Shown one piece after another: positions 13,625-27,034 of a stretch of DNA of 64,000 nt. The position numbers and the translations under genes are program-made. The stretch lies in assembly GCA_964016885.1 (NCBI GenBank), contig OZ024741.1:329344001-329408000 (forward strand). The letters are read 5' to 3'. Within the stretch, counting starts at the first letter, position 1; each line of letters opens with the position of its first letter. The notes beneath the pieces are model-generated. The model saw nothing but the letters and a program-made list of their open reading frames with translations, did no database searches and was not told the origin of the DNA. Origin of the DNA: Eledone cirrhosa (lineage: Eukaryota).

Positions 13625-14030
13625 AAAAGTGGCTCGAAACGCCAGAAGTAATTTGATTGGTTGGTCAATAAGAATAAATTTCGTGCCAGTTCGCGTTACA
13701 AAGTTCTTCAAACGGGGGGGGGGGGGCTCAGGTTGTTTTTTCATATATGAGGGCTCCCAAAGGCTTTTTTTATGTAATTTGATTGGTTATGAATGAAATT
13801 ATGGCTGTCACGTGAACAAGTTCATTAAAATTTCGTGCCCTTATTTGAGAATTTATTTTGTAACCTTTTACAGAATGTTATGACAATAAAAAAAGTGGCT
13901 CCCGAAGGCTTTTTTTTTTTAAATGCAATTTGATTGGTTATAAATGAAATTATAACTGTCACGTGAACAAGTTCCGCGCCCGTATTTGGGAATTTCTTTT
14001 ATAGCCATTTAGAGAATTTTATGACAAGCA
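13625..14030. repeat. Diverged ~140-bp tandem repeat (about 3 units)
   Basis: GGCTC...ATTTGATTGGTT recurs at ~13630, 13752 and 13897, and CTGTCACGTGAACAAGTTC occurs twice. Confidence 0.75.
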
Positions 14031-14347
14031 AAAGATAATGGTCAAGAGAAATGGGATGGGAGAATTGTTCTGGTTCAGTGAATATGGCTAGTTCGCTGGG
14101 GTGTCAGAGTTGATTTTCTATTGAAATAAAGAAAGTAGACATATGTATGTTTATTTGTGTGTTTGTGTGTGTCTGTGTGTGTGTGTGTATAGGAAGATGA
14201 TTCTATTGGTAAAAATGGGGGAGGAAGTTGTGTGTGTGTGTGTATGGGTGTTATGTGTGTGTGTGTGGGGGAGTATGTTAAGATAGAGAGAATATATATA
14301 TATTGTGTGTGTGTAGGAAAGTGATTCTATTAGTAGAAATATATATA

Positions 14348-14424
<77 letters not shown>

Positions 14425-14425
<1 letters not shown>

Positions 14426-14754
14426 GTAGATAAATCTACCAAAATATACGGTAGTGTCCAATCAGTATGAAGAACTCTTTGTAATCCAAATATCATGAAA
14501 AGAGATGTATTCAATATTTTTTTTTTTTTTTCAATGAAAAACACAGGAAAACAGAGTCAAGATAAATTAATAAAAATAATGAATAAAAACAAAGAAACAG
14601 TTCCTTATATTAAAAAATTCCTCATTTTACGATCGTTTCTAGGATATATGTGTGTGTGCTGGTATGTATATCATATAGATCTATGTAAACATTTTACAAA
14701 CTATCAGAGGGAATATACATACCTACACATATATATGCTGTCTTCAGAAATAAT
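14425..14754 (-). mobile_element. Penelope-like terminal cassette, family I
   Basis: Homologous to 37417-37950. Contains a hammerhead motif and abuts (TA)n. Confidence 0.7.
14624..14751 (-). ncRNA. Type I hammerhead with long stem II, family I
   Basis: Minus: attt-CTGAAGA-[~100-nt hairpin]-GAAA-cgatcg-TA-aaat. Stem III is minimal and palindromic. Confidence 0.75.
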
Positions 14755-14938
14755 TGTTTCTATTTTAGGCACAAGGCCAGCAATTATCCAGTGCATTACT
14801 GGTACTTTATTTTATCGACCCCGTAAGGATGAAAGGCAAAGTCAACCTCGGCGGGATTTGAACTCAGATCGTAAAGGGACGTAACTATGCTGGAAAGCAT
14901 GGCGTCCGACCCTCTACTGATACTGCCAATCCACCGCC
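14755..14938 (-). mobile_element. Young SINE family 1 with a 17-bp target-site duplication
   Basis: CTGTCTTCAGAAATAAT at 14738-14754 and 14939-14955. Confidence 0.93.
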
Positions 14939-15414
14939 CTGTCTTCAGAAATAATGATATTTGTTTATTGAAAAAAAAACCAACAAAGATTTAATATAAT
15001 AGGTCTGTTTGGGAACAGGATTTGAATTGACCAAAATAAAGGTAGTAAGTGGTCAAGTTGATAGAATAGTAGTAGTAGAAATTTAATTTAGGGGTAGAGG
15101 AATGCAGACTTCAGTTTTGAATGGAAAGAGTATTTTGAATGAAAAGATTACTTTGGGGATGAAAATAGGTCAAGCCGGTGAAAGGTACACGAAAATTTGA
15201 TGTTATTAAAGAATAATGCTAATGTTAAAATCTAAGGAGAATAAAATTTTACGATAAATGTGTTGGTGAAAAATATCAATCTTATTTAAGACATAAGGAA
15301 TTTAGATCTATAAAAAGAAATTAAATTAATTTAATTGATAGGTATATTTATAGGGATACATTTATATTAATTCATATAGATATGATAAATAAGAGTTAGA
15401 TGTTATTAAACTCT

Positions 15415-15810
15415 TATGCAAGGAAGGAATTCCGCACAGGTCAAACGGGAGGAAGAAGGAGTCTAGTCCGTGAATTCGGTGAACATGTGTTCTGTGAAAT
15501 CGTAGACGAGAGAGAAAAAAAGGGGAACCGGCCTGGCCAAGCGTGCGAAAGAAAAGAATTGCGCACAGGTCAAACAGGAAGAAGGAGGAGGAGGAGAGGT
15601 AGTAACAGAGAGTGAGTGAGTGAAGGGTGAGGAAGAGGCTAACAGAGAGAGTGACTGTTAGAGAGGGTAAAGATACAGAGAAAGAGGAAGCAGTAAGAAC
15701 GAAATAGACGGGTCACAGCGGGGGAAAATATATATGTAAATATGAGAATAAACGTGCTGCGTGGTTGCAAATGGGTTACATATGAATAAAGTTGGTCCTT
15801 CATCAGTGAT
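15415..15810 (-). mobile_element. Family B non-coding element, copy 1 (partial)
   Basis: Aligns by eye with 53135-53495 and 32030-32290. Ends in GTCCTTCATCAGTGAT next to TA. Confidence 0.8.
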
Positions 15811-15867
15811 ATATATATATAAAATAAAATAAATAAGTCAAATGTTTAAAATTTAGCTTCGTTTATT

Positions 15868-15922
15868 ACTGCTATATATATTTCGGTGACAGCCATCTTT
15901 GGCTGTGACCTCTTCAGGCAGT
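15868..15922 (-). ncRNA. Canonical type I hammerhead, family J
   Basis: Minus: actgc-CTGAAGA-ggtcacagcca aaga tggctgtcacc-GAAA-tatata-TA-gcagt-AATAAA. Its 3' part is repeated inverted (15821-15884 vs 16040-16104). Confidence 0.88.
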
Positions 15923-16199
15923 CCGAATATGTGTGGTATACACAAGTACATTTGTTGTTGAGGTGTATAACTTTGTCAATACTCTGACATGCCCAGTTCT
16001 TGGTTGGGTTGTTATTGCACTGAGGAACTGGAATCATATGAAATATATATAGCAGTAATAAACGAAGCTAAATTTTAAACATTTGACTTATTTTATTTTA
16101 TTTTACATTACTCCGGAGTAACCAAACCAACCTGCGCACTTCGTCGAGTGCTCCAATCTGCATACTGAGGTGTTGGTATACAACCAACATATACTCAAA

Positions 16200-16263
<64 letters not shown>

Positions 16264-17096
16264 ATGTATGTATGTATGTATGTATGTATGTATGTATGTA
16301 TGTACACATGCATGGGTGCATGTGTATGTATATGCGCGGGGACATAGAAATAGCCAGGCTGGACACCCGATCACACGGTTAAAGCACTGGGAGTGAAGGA
16401 CCCCTAACCTTTCTCAGGGCATTCTTCTAGGAGAAGGCAACTCAGGAAACTGGGATAACTCCGATATAAAACCTGCGGCTCAGTAGTTACCAATGATGTT
16501 GATCTTTTCTTCTTTTCGGGTTATAGCTACTGTAGCTCAGAGAGTGGGATTGGCTCAGTGCACAGTCGTTCCTCACTTTAAAAAATATCTTCACGTACAG
16601 GCATTGCACGATAGAATTAATTAATTATTAATAATAATGGTATATCGTGCAATGGCCATACTCGATAACGAGGGGGTAGCCATCATGTATGTATGTATGT
16701 ATACATAAATGCTGTTGCTGCTGCTGCTGTCATCATCGTTGTTTTGTTTTGTTATTGTCCATGTTATTATTGTTATTGTTGTTGATGTTGTTTACGATAT
16801 CTCGAACATGCCAGAACACAATAACTGACGCAGCTTGAAATTAAATTTCTAACGTTCCAAACATGAACTTCAATGGCCGCTTTCGTTATTTATTTATTGA
16901 TCTTGAAGAAATATAAAAGTAAAAAGATGGTGAGCCAAAAGTCCATTGGATCTAGTTTGTTTATTTAGAAGAAGAAGAAGAAGAAGAAGAAGAAACTTAC
17001 CAGACTGACACAGACAGACATAGACATAGGTATATACACACACAGACACATCTGTATTCATATATTTACATTAATAAACCCCCTCCCGCTAATGAG

Positions 17097-17503
<407 letters not shown>

Positions 17504-17535
17504 ACAACGGAACATGTTATTCTTCATTCTTTTAC

Positions 17536-17583
<48 letters not shown>

Positions 17584-17623
17584 TGTGTGTATGTGTGTGT
17601 TTCTGTGTGTGTGTGTATAAATA

Positions 17624-18312
17624 CTAGCAGAATGGCCCGGCGTTGCTCGGGATTATAAACATAGATTGGCATGTTTATCCCTCCTTTCTGAAACAGTACA
17701 GAGAAGTACAGAATAACTCGGCCTGGGAATGGTGTCTACATTTTGTGTTTATAAAAAAAATTGTCGTAGATTACCAGGGGTTTAACTTAATTGGGTGCCT
17801 GAGAGTAAAACCCACGAAAGCCAAGACGATAGGGTTAAGTAAAAAAGGCATTCGACAAACCGAACATATATTTGTTGTACTATGGTACAATGAAGCAATA
17901 GTTACAGAGCAGTAAGCATGTGGGACTGCAGTGGTGTAGAGCATGAAGGAATTTAGTTAGATACTTTTAAGGTTACAGGCCCTAATGCAACCAAAATGCT
18001 TCAAAAAATTGGTTTTTCGCCTCATGCAGTCCCTGCGGCAAAAAGTGAAAAATTCTTTTTTGCTCAAAATATTTTAAACGACATAATTAATGCAAAATTT
18101 TGAAGAAATCGCCTGGATTATTATTTTCCGTTGTGCCTCAAAAAAGCCTTTAAAGCCTGAAATATGCGGAAAATTTGAAATATATTTTGCTCACAACACT
18201 CACATGACCATAAGTATTACATGTGTAAAGTTTGAGAAACATGGGTTGGGTGGTTCTCGAGTTTTAGGAGGACAGACAGACAGACAGACAATCTCTGTTT
18301 TAGATATATAGA
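17624..18312 (-). mobile_element. Non-autonomous Helitron
   Basis: Minus strand starts TCTATATATC with (CTGT)n near the 5' end, and ends with hairpin CCCGAGCAACGCCGGG, 8 nt, then CTAG followed by T. Confidence 0.8.
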
Positions 18313-18839
18313 CTAGCAGAAAACCACCCGGTGGGCGGTTTTCTGCTAGCAAATCTAGTGTATATACTGATATTGTTGAGATTTGGATGAGAAATGTTTT
18401 CGGCACTACATGTTCACCGTCTCTCGGTGTGTCTTTTATGCATGTATAAATATATATGTTATCTATACGGTGAAATCTTTGAAATAAATATATGTTAAAA
18501 CGAAAAAGGAGAAAAAGAGATTAGTGACGGAAATATAAACGTTATGATACATAAACGTTATGATATAACGATGGAACTATATCTTCAAATGGTCCTTGGC
18601 ATGGTGTCAAGTCAGAACCGCCTCAAACTGGTTACTTCTGGCTTGAGCAAGGTGTCTCTATAGCAACCAGCGATTCCCTCGGCCTCAGTGACCAAAGTCA
18701 GTGGAGAGGGGAAGGTAATGTTTCTATAGCGACAGTGTTTCTCTTGGTAGTACCAAAGTGGAGAAAGGAAGGGGAAGGTAATATTTCTGTAGCACCTACA
18801 TTTGAGTTTTAGGGAAGGACAGACAGACAGACAGACAAA

Positions 18840-19145
18840 CAGAGAAATGCCCATATATTTCTGTGTGTGTATATATATATATATATATATTACACACACA
18901 GAAATGTATATATATTTCTGTGTGTGTGTATATATATATATATATTTATATTACATACACAGAAATGTATATATATTTCTGTGAGTATATATATATATAT
19001 TACACACAGAGAAATGTATATATATTTCTGTGTGTATATATATATATTTCTGTGTGTGTATATATATATTACACACACAGAAATGTATATATATTTCTGT
19101 GTGTATATATATATATTACACACAGAGAAATGTATATATATTTCT
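18840..19145. repeat. Tandem ~55-bp units with internal palindrome CACAGAAATGTATATATATTTCTGTG
   Basis: Five to six copies read directly. Confidence 0.85.
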
Positions 19146-19258
19146 TAGAACAAAATTATTATTTCTGCTGTTGATAACAATTGGAATTGAAAAATTACTT
19201 TTGAAATTATTAGTTATTTTACTAATGCTTAGATATGTAAAAAATGAAGCAATGTTTC

Positions 19259-19452
19259 TAATAATTGTTTCTACTTTTGGCACAAGGCCAGCAAATACCC
19301 AGTACATTACTGGTACTTTATTTTATCGACCCCGTGAGGATGAAAGGCAAAGTTAACCTCGGCGGTATTTGAACTCAGACCGTAAAGGGACATAACTCCA
19401 TGCTATGAAGCATGGTATCCGACTCTCTACAGATGCTGCCAATCCACCGCCC
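19259..19452 (-). mobile_element. SINE family 1
   Basis: Full-length match to the family consensus. Confidence 0.9.
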
Positions 19453-19841
19453 TAATGTCTGTACGTAATGAGGGAGTGAGAGGGGAGAGAACGAAAGGCA
19501 GAGGTGAAGTGACGAAGTGACTCTCTCCTCCTCCTCCATCTCCCCATTCGTCACAGCGATAGAGGGGAGGAATGCTAGTGTGTTACAAAGAGAAAGAGTG
19601 AGAGTGAGAGAAACAGACAGACTAAAAGAGAGGGATAGCTGGAGAGAGAGAGAGATAGCAACCACGCGCGCACGTGTTTCCACTGTCGGACAGACAGACA
19701 GAGAAATTGCTGGTTATATATTATAAGGAGATATTACTCTATTACTCTGTTACTCTGTTACTCTGTTACTCTGTTACGTGTTCCAGCCGACAGACTGGGA
19801 CCATGTGTGTGTATGTGTGTGTATATATATCAAATTTAATC

Positions 19842-19948
19842 TAGAAATGGCTTCTAGAGGACTAGAACTATTTCATTCGAAGGAAATCTGCAGTTCATAT
19901 GAACTACTAATTTCCTTTGAATGAAACAGTTCTAGTCCTGTAGATTCT
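19842..19948. repeat. Degenerate fold-back of hammerhead family A (3' halves only)
   Basis: GAATGAAACAGTTCTAGTCCTGTAGA on + and its diverged inverse. Confidence 0.65.
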
Positions 19949-20188
19949 CTCTCGCCGATGATACTAATTAACCATTAAACATATAAGCCCCTGGAGATTG
20001 GTGTAATGTTAGCACAGTCACATGGTAGTAAGCAGGTGTGAGTTCGAGCCCCACGAGTGAAACAGTCTTCTGTTTTCCATCTTATATGCTGAACTTTGAC
20101 TATTTTTCTTAGTCAAAAAGGTGCGTTGAAATCATTAACTTCATGTTCAAATTCGGAACTCGCTGAACGGTTCTAATAATAGATTGCT

Positions 20189-20256
<68 letters not shown>

Positions 20257-20350
20257 AACATACAAATCACGGATTATTTATTAGAATTCACTTCAGATTG
20301 CTATTTATGTGTGAAAGTGTGTGTGTGTGTCTATATATATATATTTTTTT

Positions 20351-20526
20351 CTTTTGGTCGTTTTGGAAGCCTCAACAATGCAGATGGGTAATTCTCCGGG
20401 TAACAAGATCCGGTGGTGATCTTGTTACCCGGAGAATTACCCATCTGCATTGTTGAGGCTTCCAAAACGACCAAAAGAAAAATAAATCTTATTATTCCAC
20501 AATGCTTCAAGCAAACTTCAATACTC

Positions 20527-20530
<4 letters not shown>
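20351..20530 (+). mobile_element. Fold-back cassette, family F (~60-bp arms plus tail)
   Basis: Near-identical cassette at 63270-63438. Both are flanked by TA. Confidence 0.85.
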
Positions 20531-20621
<91 letters not shown>

Positions 20622-20787
20622 TGTGTGTGTGTTGTGCGTGTGTGCGTGTGTGTGTGTGTGTATATGTGTGTGTGTATATATATATATATTATATATGTGT
20701 GTGAGTGTGTGCTTCAATAGTATGTGATTTAATAAACTGAAGTTGAATATGTGAAACCGTCCCTTTTCTTTTTTCTTAATGTATATA

Positions 20788-20824
<37 letters not shown>

Positions 20825-21040
20825 GAATGTTATGGTTGACGGAGGCTCGGCTCTGTAAGGTATTGTACATTTTGAACGCTATAACAATTGTAAATTGTTT
20901 AAAACTTTAACGAACTTGTAGACAAAAACACCCTCCTCCTCGTGAGAGGGGTCTTTCTGCCCGTTATTTGGCCCTTCGGGGTTAAATAACTGCTTATTGG
21001 GGTTTTGTGCCCAATATTTATTTTAAACAAAAAAAACAAC

Positions 21041-23111
21041 ATGGCTACGAAAAAGAATTTTCATAGGTCACTCCCACTCATTCCGTCTTCTTCTTCCTCA
21101 ATCGTCACTACAGCAGAGAGAAGATTGTCTCTCTCCCTCCCTTCTCTTTCGCAAGCGACGACAGAAAAGAAAAGTCTCGTGCAAAGCGTGCAAGATTTCT
21201 CCACGACGACGACGACAACGACGAAACAGGTGTGCGGGAAATACGAAAACCCATTTCATTCGTCTGACGTAAGGAATAATAACAGTAGCAGCCGTAATAA
21301 CAACAGCAACAGTGACAATGAAAACAACAGTAGCAGCCGCAACAGCATCAGAAGCAGCATAAACAACAACAGCATTAGCAGCAGCAACAACAACAACAAC
21401 CACAGCAACAGCTGCGGCGGCAGTAGTCATAGTACCTGCAGCAACAACAAAAGTAACAGCAGCTCTGACGACAACAACAACAACAGCAGCAAAGAAAAAC
21501 CAATCTCGTTTGCAGGTATCGCGAAGAACCTGGAAACAATCCTCATAACAAATGAGGAATTAGAGGAAGCGAAGAAGATGGTGACAAAAACTGTACACCG
21601 AGCAATCTGCAAGGCAGCGGAAAAATTTTTCGAAACCCAACACCACTGTACGGTCACGTACCGTACAGTAAGTACAAAATCCCGTAGGGTTGAAAGAGCC
21701 ACAGAGGCTCAAATACAAAAAGCCTTGGGGTCTGTGTGGCAGCGGAAAACGCACATCACCCGAGGCAAGAAATATGCCACCGTAGACGTACTTTTTGCCA
21801 CACCCCAGGAAGCAAAGGCTCAATCCGTAGTGACCCTAAGGAGCGAGGAAATGGTGTTGGTGCCCTCCTACTGCGGTCAAAATATTGTGAGGGTCAAACT
21901 GACCCCCCCCCGGGATGGCCCCTTCTTGGCTGGCCGCGTCTGTTCTCGTCGGGATCGAGGACAAAACAACTGTACTGCAAGTACAGAAAAAAGTAAGAGA
22001 AGATTGGGTCGGCACCTCCATTGAGATGCTAATCCAAACCAACCAGGAGTGCATCGAAGCTATCCCTGATGTGATAGACTTCGATAACGGCACTCAACTG
22101 CCCATAAGTGTTGAGGACAAACGCCCGAAATGCTTTCGCTGTGGATCGAAGACTCACCTAGGGGCCTTCTGCAACGAGAAGACCCTGAGAAAGGAGAAAA
22201 CCCCCCTCCTTCCGAAACCGGATCCACGGCTACCAGCAACAGGACAAGCGGCAACCAGGAACGATAGGTCCCTGGCACCCATACCCACGCCACGGAAATC
22301 AAAAACAGCAGCAGCAGTGGAAGTATTAACGACAACAACAGCAATACCAAATGCAGCTGCAACAGAGACTCCAGTGCAAACATCACCAACAACAACAAGT
22401 GAAAGAGTGGAGCTGGTATCCCTCCCCGACCTCACAGAATCAGACATGGAGTGTGAGGTGGGAAAGGGATGGCAAAAGGTCGTAAGAAGGCACAAACGCA
22501 GAAGCAGCGCATCGTCGCCTTTGAAAAGGGAGGAAAGAAATGAAAAAAGGGTAAAGTCTACTGCAAAGAGACTCACAGCAGCAACACCACCAACACCATC
22601 ACCACCCACACTAGCACCACCAGCACCACCGGCAACAACCCCACCGCCAACAACACCTTCAACACCACCACCACAAGCACCAACATCGCAAACACAACAA
22701 CAAAACACACACACTCAGCAACAACGACAAGAAAATAGCAGAACCACACCCTACCCCCAGAAAAACAAATGCACGGCAATAAATACACACAACAAGAAAC
22801 TAATGACTTACATAATTGAACATACAGACATTTCACAACACGACTACATAATACCAGCACCAATCAAAACACCAACTAACATAAGACTGCTAAAAATAGC
22901 ACAGAAACAATACACAAACATTAAAACGAAATTCCCCAACGCAGTTGGTGATTTCAGAGACCTAGGAGGAACTATCAACCGAAGAGTATATTCGGACATA
23001 CTCATAGAAGAGCCGACGACCAGCCGAAGGGACGATTCAACGGTCCCTTCACCAGACGATCAAGTGAAAAGGGATGGAAAAACCATCCCTCCTCTACGAA
23101 AAGTACGGTAA
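21041..23111 (+). pseudogene. Tx1 ORF1 (gag-like), frameshifted at the C9 run 21903-21911
   Basis: CFRCGSKTHLGAFC knuckle, WQKV motif, N/S-rich and P/T-rich tracts. Two ORF-track pieces overlap at the C run. Confidence 0.85.
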
Positions 23112-23146
23112 GTGGTCTTTCCCATCTTTTCCACTCTATTTTAAAC

Positions 23147-26100
23147 ATGACCTCACCCAGAATAAGCGGCATAAATGCGCGTGATTTGGGGTCTTCATGG
23201 AAGCAGGGTCACCTGCTCAACGACCTCAGGTCACTAAACATAGATGTAGTGGCCATCAGCGAGACCAGAATCTCCGAAGCACGGGCCTTCGCACCGATCT
23301 TCGGCGGCTACGATGTGTACGCATCTCCCAGCCGTCCTGGATCGGGGGGAGGAGTTGCTGTGCTTTTTCGGAGAGGTTTGGATCTCGCCATACGGGCCAT
23401 CTTCCTGGACCCAGAGGGTAAGTTGGTGGTGCTGGACGTGGCCAGCGGAGACGGGCAAGCTTTTAGGCTAGTGGCCGTCTATGCCCCGACAGGGGCATAG
23501 ACGGCCACTAGCTGGACGTGACCAGCGGAGACGGGCAAGCTTTCAGGCTAGTGGCCGTCTATGCCCCGACAGGAGCAGGGCGGCCTGATTTCTTCCGGCG
23601 TCTGGAGACCTTTCTTGGAATGTCCCGCTCTTTAGTGTTAGTGGGCGACTGGAACGGGATCTTAGATGCATGCTGGGACTGTGTGGGATTAACGGATAGG
23701 GGTGGAGGGTGCAAGAGCCTCACCAACTTGCTCAGGCGTTTTGAACTGTCTGACAGGTACCGATTGGATTTCCCGAATGTGCCAATGTGGACTTGGACAA
23801 ATCGCATAGGGTCATCCAGATCATATCTAGATAGAGTATTTTGTAGGGAAATAGACAGGTCTAGCATAGGCTGTCCACAATTCAAGATAGTCAGCTACAC
23901 GGACCACAAATTCGTGATCTGTGTGCTTGACTTAGATAGGCTTCATAGACGAGGACTCGGCTACTGGAAGCTAAACGCGTCCTTACCAGCGCGCAAGGCC
24001 TACAGAGACCGGATTAGCGAACTAGTTAAGCGGGCGTTGACGGGTGCCATCGTCAACAACAAGTGGTGGTTTGCTCTGAAAAGAGCGATTAGAATAGAAT
24101 CGATTAGGTTTAGTAAGGCTTTAGCCATAGAGAAAAATAGAGCAGAGGGAGAACTAGTTAGAAAATTAGACGAGGCGCTTAGCAAAGGCATTGCGACCGA
24201 CGTGCTTGCGGCGAAATTGGCCCTTGACCAATTCTTCAATGCAAAGCACGAAGGCTGCGTTGTCAGAGCAAGGGTGCGTGCTCTCAGACACGAGGGGACG
24301 AAAGCCGTTCAATGGGCCCGAGTGGCGGAGGCGCGTCATGGCAACAAAGCCACGATCCGGTCTTTGGTGGACCACGACGGGCGCATGCTACTCGATCCCG
24401 GGCAAATGTGTGAAGCTTTTCAGCGACACTTCGCTCAGCTGTTCGGGGGCAGTGGTGGGCCGGGTCGAGGGATGGACTTTAGTGTCTACCTCGATGGACT
24501 GCCGCGGCTCTTTGCCACTGAGGCGAAGTGTTGCGAAAAGCCGATAACAACCGCTGAAGTAAGGGAGGCAATGACTGGCTGCACAAGGGGTAAATCGCCT
24601 GGTTTGGATGGTCTACCCTATGAACTTTACGTACAGATGCCAGACTTGTTCGGAGGCCTTTTGGCGGACGTCTAATGCAACTGGCAACAGAACGGGAGAA
24701 TTCCCATTTCTGTGAGCCGAGGAGCGGTGGCATTGCTGAGAAAGGATCCGAACAAGGGGGATAACATAGATAATTTCCGGCCCATAACTCTGCTAAACAC
24801 AGAGTTCAAGATTTTCGCCAATGTGCTAGCAAAGAGGTTGGCGCTTGTCGTTGGTGGTCTGGTGGGAGAGGCGCAGACATGCGCCATTCCCGACAGATCC
24901 ATCCACGACAACCTCCACCTCATGCGATACATCGTAGAGAGGGTAGCTAGGGAACCTGGCACGGGTGGGTCCTTGATCAATTTAGATCAGTCGAAAGCTT
25001 TCGATAGGGTCGACCATCGTTACCTAGCGGCAGTCCTGAGGCCGGCTGGCTTTGGGCCCGTCTTCAGAGACTGGATCGCTGCCATGCACAGCGACATCTG
25101 CTCTGTGGTGAGAGTGAATGGTCACCTGTCAGACCCGTTCAACATCATGCGCTCGGTCCGCCAAGGATGTCCCCTCTCGTCCCTCTTGTACGTATTGACT
25201 CTCGAGCCATTACTGCCCAGACTGGAGACGTTGAGGGGCGTCCCGCGCGAACTAGGATGCGGAAGATCCGTGTGAGCATATGCGGACGATGTCACCGTAG
25301 TGGTGTCGAACGCCAAACACATCGAGGCGATCGGCACTACACTAAGAGAATACGAAGCGGTGACAGGAGCAATGATCAACCAGGAAAAATCAGTGGGCCT
25401 GCAGCTCGGCACCAGGAGAGGCAGGTCCATGCCGTCCAACAGCGTCGTCGGACGCTGGACGGACGGACCGGTTAAATTGCTAGGGGTCTGGTTCGGTCCG
25501 AACCTCCAGACGGACAAAAACTGGGACGAGGTGACGAGCAGGGTAGCTTCTCTCACCCAGAAATGGGCGTGGAGGAAGCTATCCCTGAAAGGTCGAGCGG
25601 AGGTGGCTAACGCGTACATCGCGTCTGTCATCTGCTACCGCCTGACCGTCGTACCTTGTCCTAAGCCTCGCCTGACTGCGCTGGAGCGTTTGCTCTTTCG
25701 CTTTTTGTGGAAGGGACGCGCTCCGATGGTCAGGCGGTCCATCTGTTGTCAACACCCGCTACGTGGAGGGCTGGGCATGCCGTGGCTGATGATGCGCAGG
25801 CACGCGCTCAGGCTACGACATCTCCACCTTTTCCTCGACGGTGATCAGGTGTGGTCGCCGTTTGCTAGACACGTATTTCCCCAGCTCGTTTCCTTGACGG
25901 AGCTGCAGTCCTGGGTCAAGCGAAGACCGAGAGGGAGCGCCTGGAGACTGGAATGTCTTCAGGCGCTCACAGCCCTCGACCAATCGGGCAATGTGATCGG
26001 TGGAAACTCCACCTCGGCGTTCTATAGAGGATTAGTGGAGGGGAAGAGCGACGACATACATGGGGAAACTCTAGGCGTCGACGAAAATCAACTAGCCAAT

Positions 26101-26645
26101 CTCTTCGGAAGAACTTTCGGGCCAGGGCCTATGGACAACTTCCAGAAATCTCTGGCCTGGCAGTGCTACCGAGGAGCCTTGCCAGTTCGGGATAAACTCT
26201 ACAGGCATGGAGGTGCCGTTCACCGGGCATGTCCGAGATGCGCGCAGGGCGACGAAACCGTCCTGCACGCACTCGTCCATGTCCGAAAATTGCTGACTTG
26301 TGGGTTTATGTCGAACACCTGCTGTCGCGTGTAGGACGGATCCGGCTATCATCTGAGTCCATCGTGAGGATTGCCCCGCCCTCCTCCTTTAGCCTGGAAG
26401 GGCAGGCAGTTTTTATCTGTCTGGTGGCCATGGCGAAAGAGATAGTATGGTGGACACGTTTGAAAGGGCTGAAGACGAGCACTTACCTCTTCGGTGATGC
26501 TCTGATTGACTTTTTCAAATTTCATTTGAAAAGGAAAATCAGAGTAGAGAGGGAAGTGCTCTCTTCCCAGCATTTTGTTGAAAGATGGGTGAGAGTAGCA
26601 AGAATGGCCCGAGTGAATGGGCCTACTCTGAGTACGTATCTGTAA
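23147..26645 (+). pseudogene. Tx1 ORF2 (AP endonuclease, reverse transcriptase, C-terminal Cys region), disrupted
   Basis: INAR, SET, VYAP, GDWN, YLDRV, TDH; KSPGLDG, FRPITLLN, DQSKAFD, VRQGCPLS, YADD (25279-25290). Stops at 24673 and 25273, duplication near 23500, frameshift near 26280. Confidence 0.93.
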
Positions 26646-26893
26646 ATTAAAGGTGGAAAACTGGGAGAGGGCACTTGCCTTGGTGGTCAGGGTTACTGTG
26701 GCCTTTTACTGGGCTTTCTCCACAAATGTCCCTCGGAAGTCTCCCCCCTATTGGGGAATTTTTCATTGTTATTTTTTTGTTACATCCTCTGTTTTGTTTT
26801 TTACACGCAGAAATGCCCATTTGTACCGTCCTGTATTGTCCTGCACTGTCCTTAATGTCTACTTTATGTAAACCCTTGTGGTTAATAAAGAAA

Positions 26894-26937
<44 letters not shown>

Positions 26938-26941
<4 letters not shown>

Positions 26942-27030
26942 TTGCCTTTCATCCTTCCGGGGTCGATAAAATAAAGTACCAGTAATGCACTGAGTAATTG
27001 CTGGCCTTGTGTCAAAAGTAGAAATAATTA
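26938..27030 (+). mobile_element. 3' half of SINE family 1 between the two LINE tails
   Basis: AACTTTGCCTTTCATCC...GCCTTGTGTCAAAAGTAG. Confidence 0.85.
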
Positions 27031-27034
27031 TTGT

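Larger units (their letters stand above)
18313..19731 (-). mobile_element. Probable second Helitron (or Helitron pieces) joined head-to-tail to the first
   Basis: 3' CTAG at 18313-18316 preceded by a GC-rich hairpin. A Helitron-like 5' end A|TCTCCTTATAATATATAACC..(CTGT)n lies at 19731. Extent uncertain. Confidence 0.5.
20825..26895 (+). mobile_element. Near full-length Tx1-type (L1 group) non-LTR retrotransposon
   Basis: ORF1 with CCHC knuckle, ORF2 with APE and RT, AATAAA near the 3' end, (ATT)n on both flanks. Confidence 0.92.

Noticed and set aside
25273-25275. Selenocysteine or read-through TGA before YADD
   Set aside because: ORF2 has other independent lesions, so a TCA>TGA nonsense mutation is simpler.
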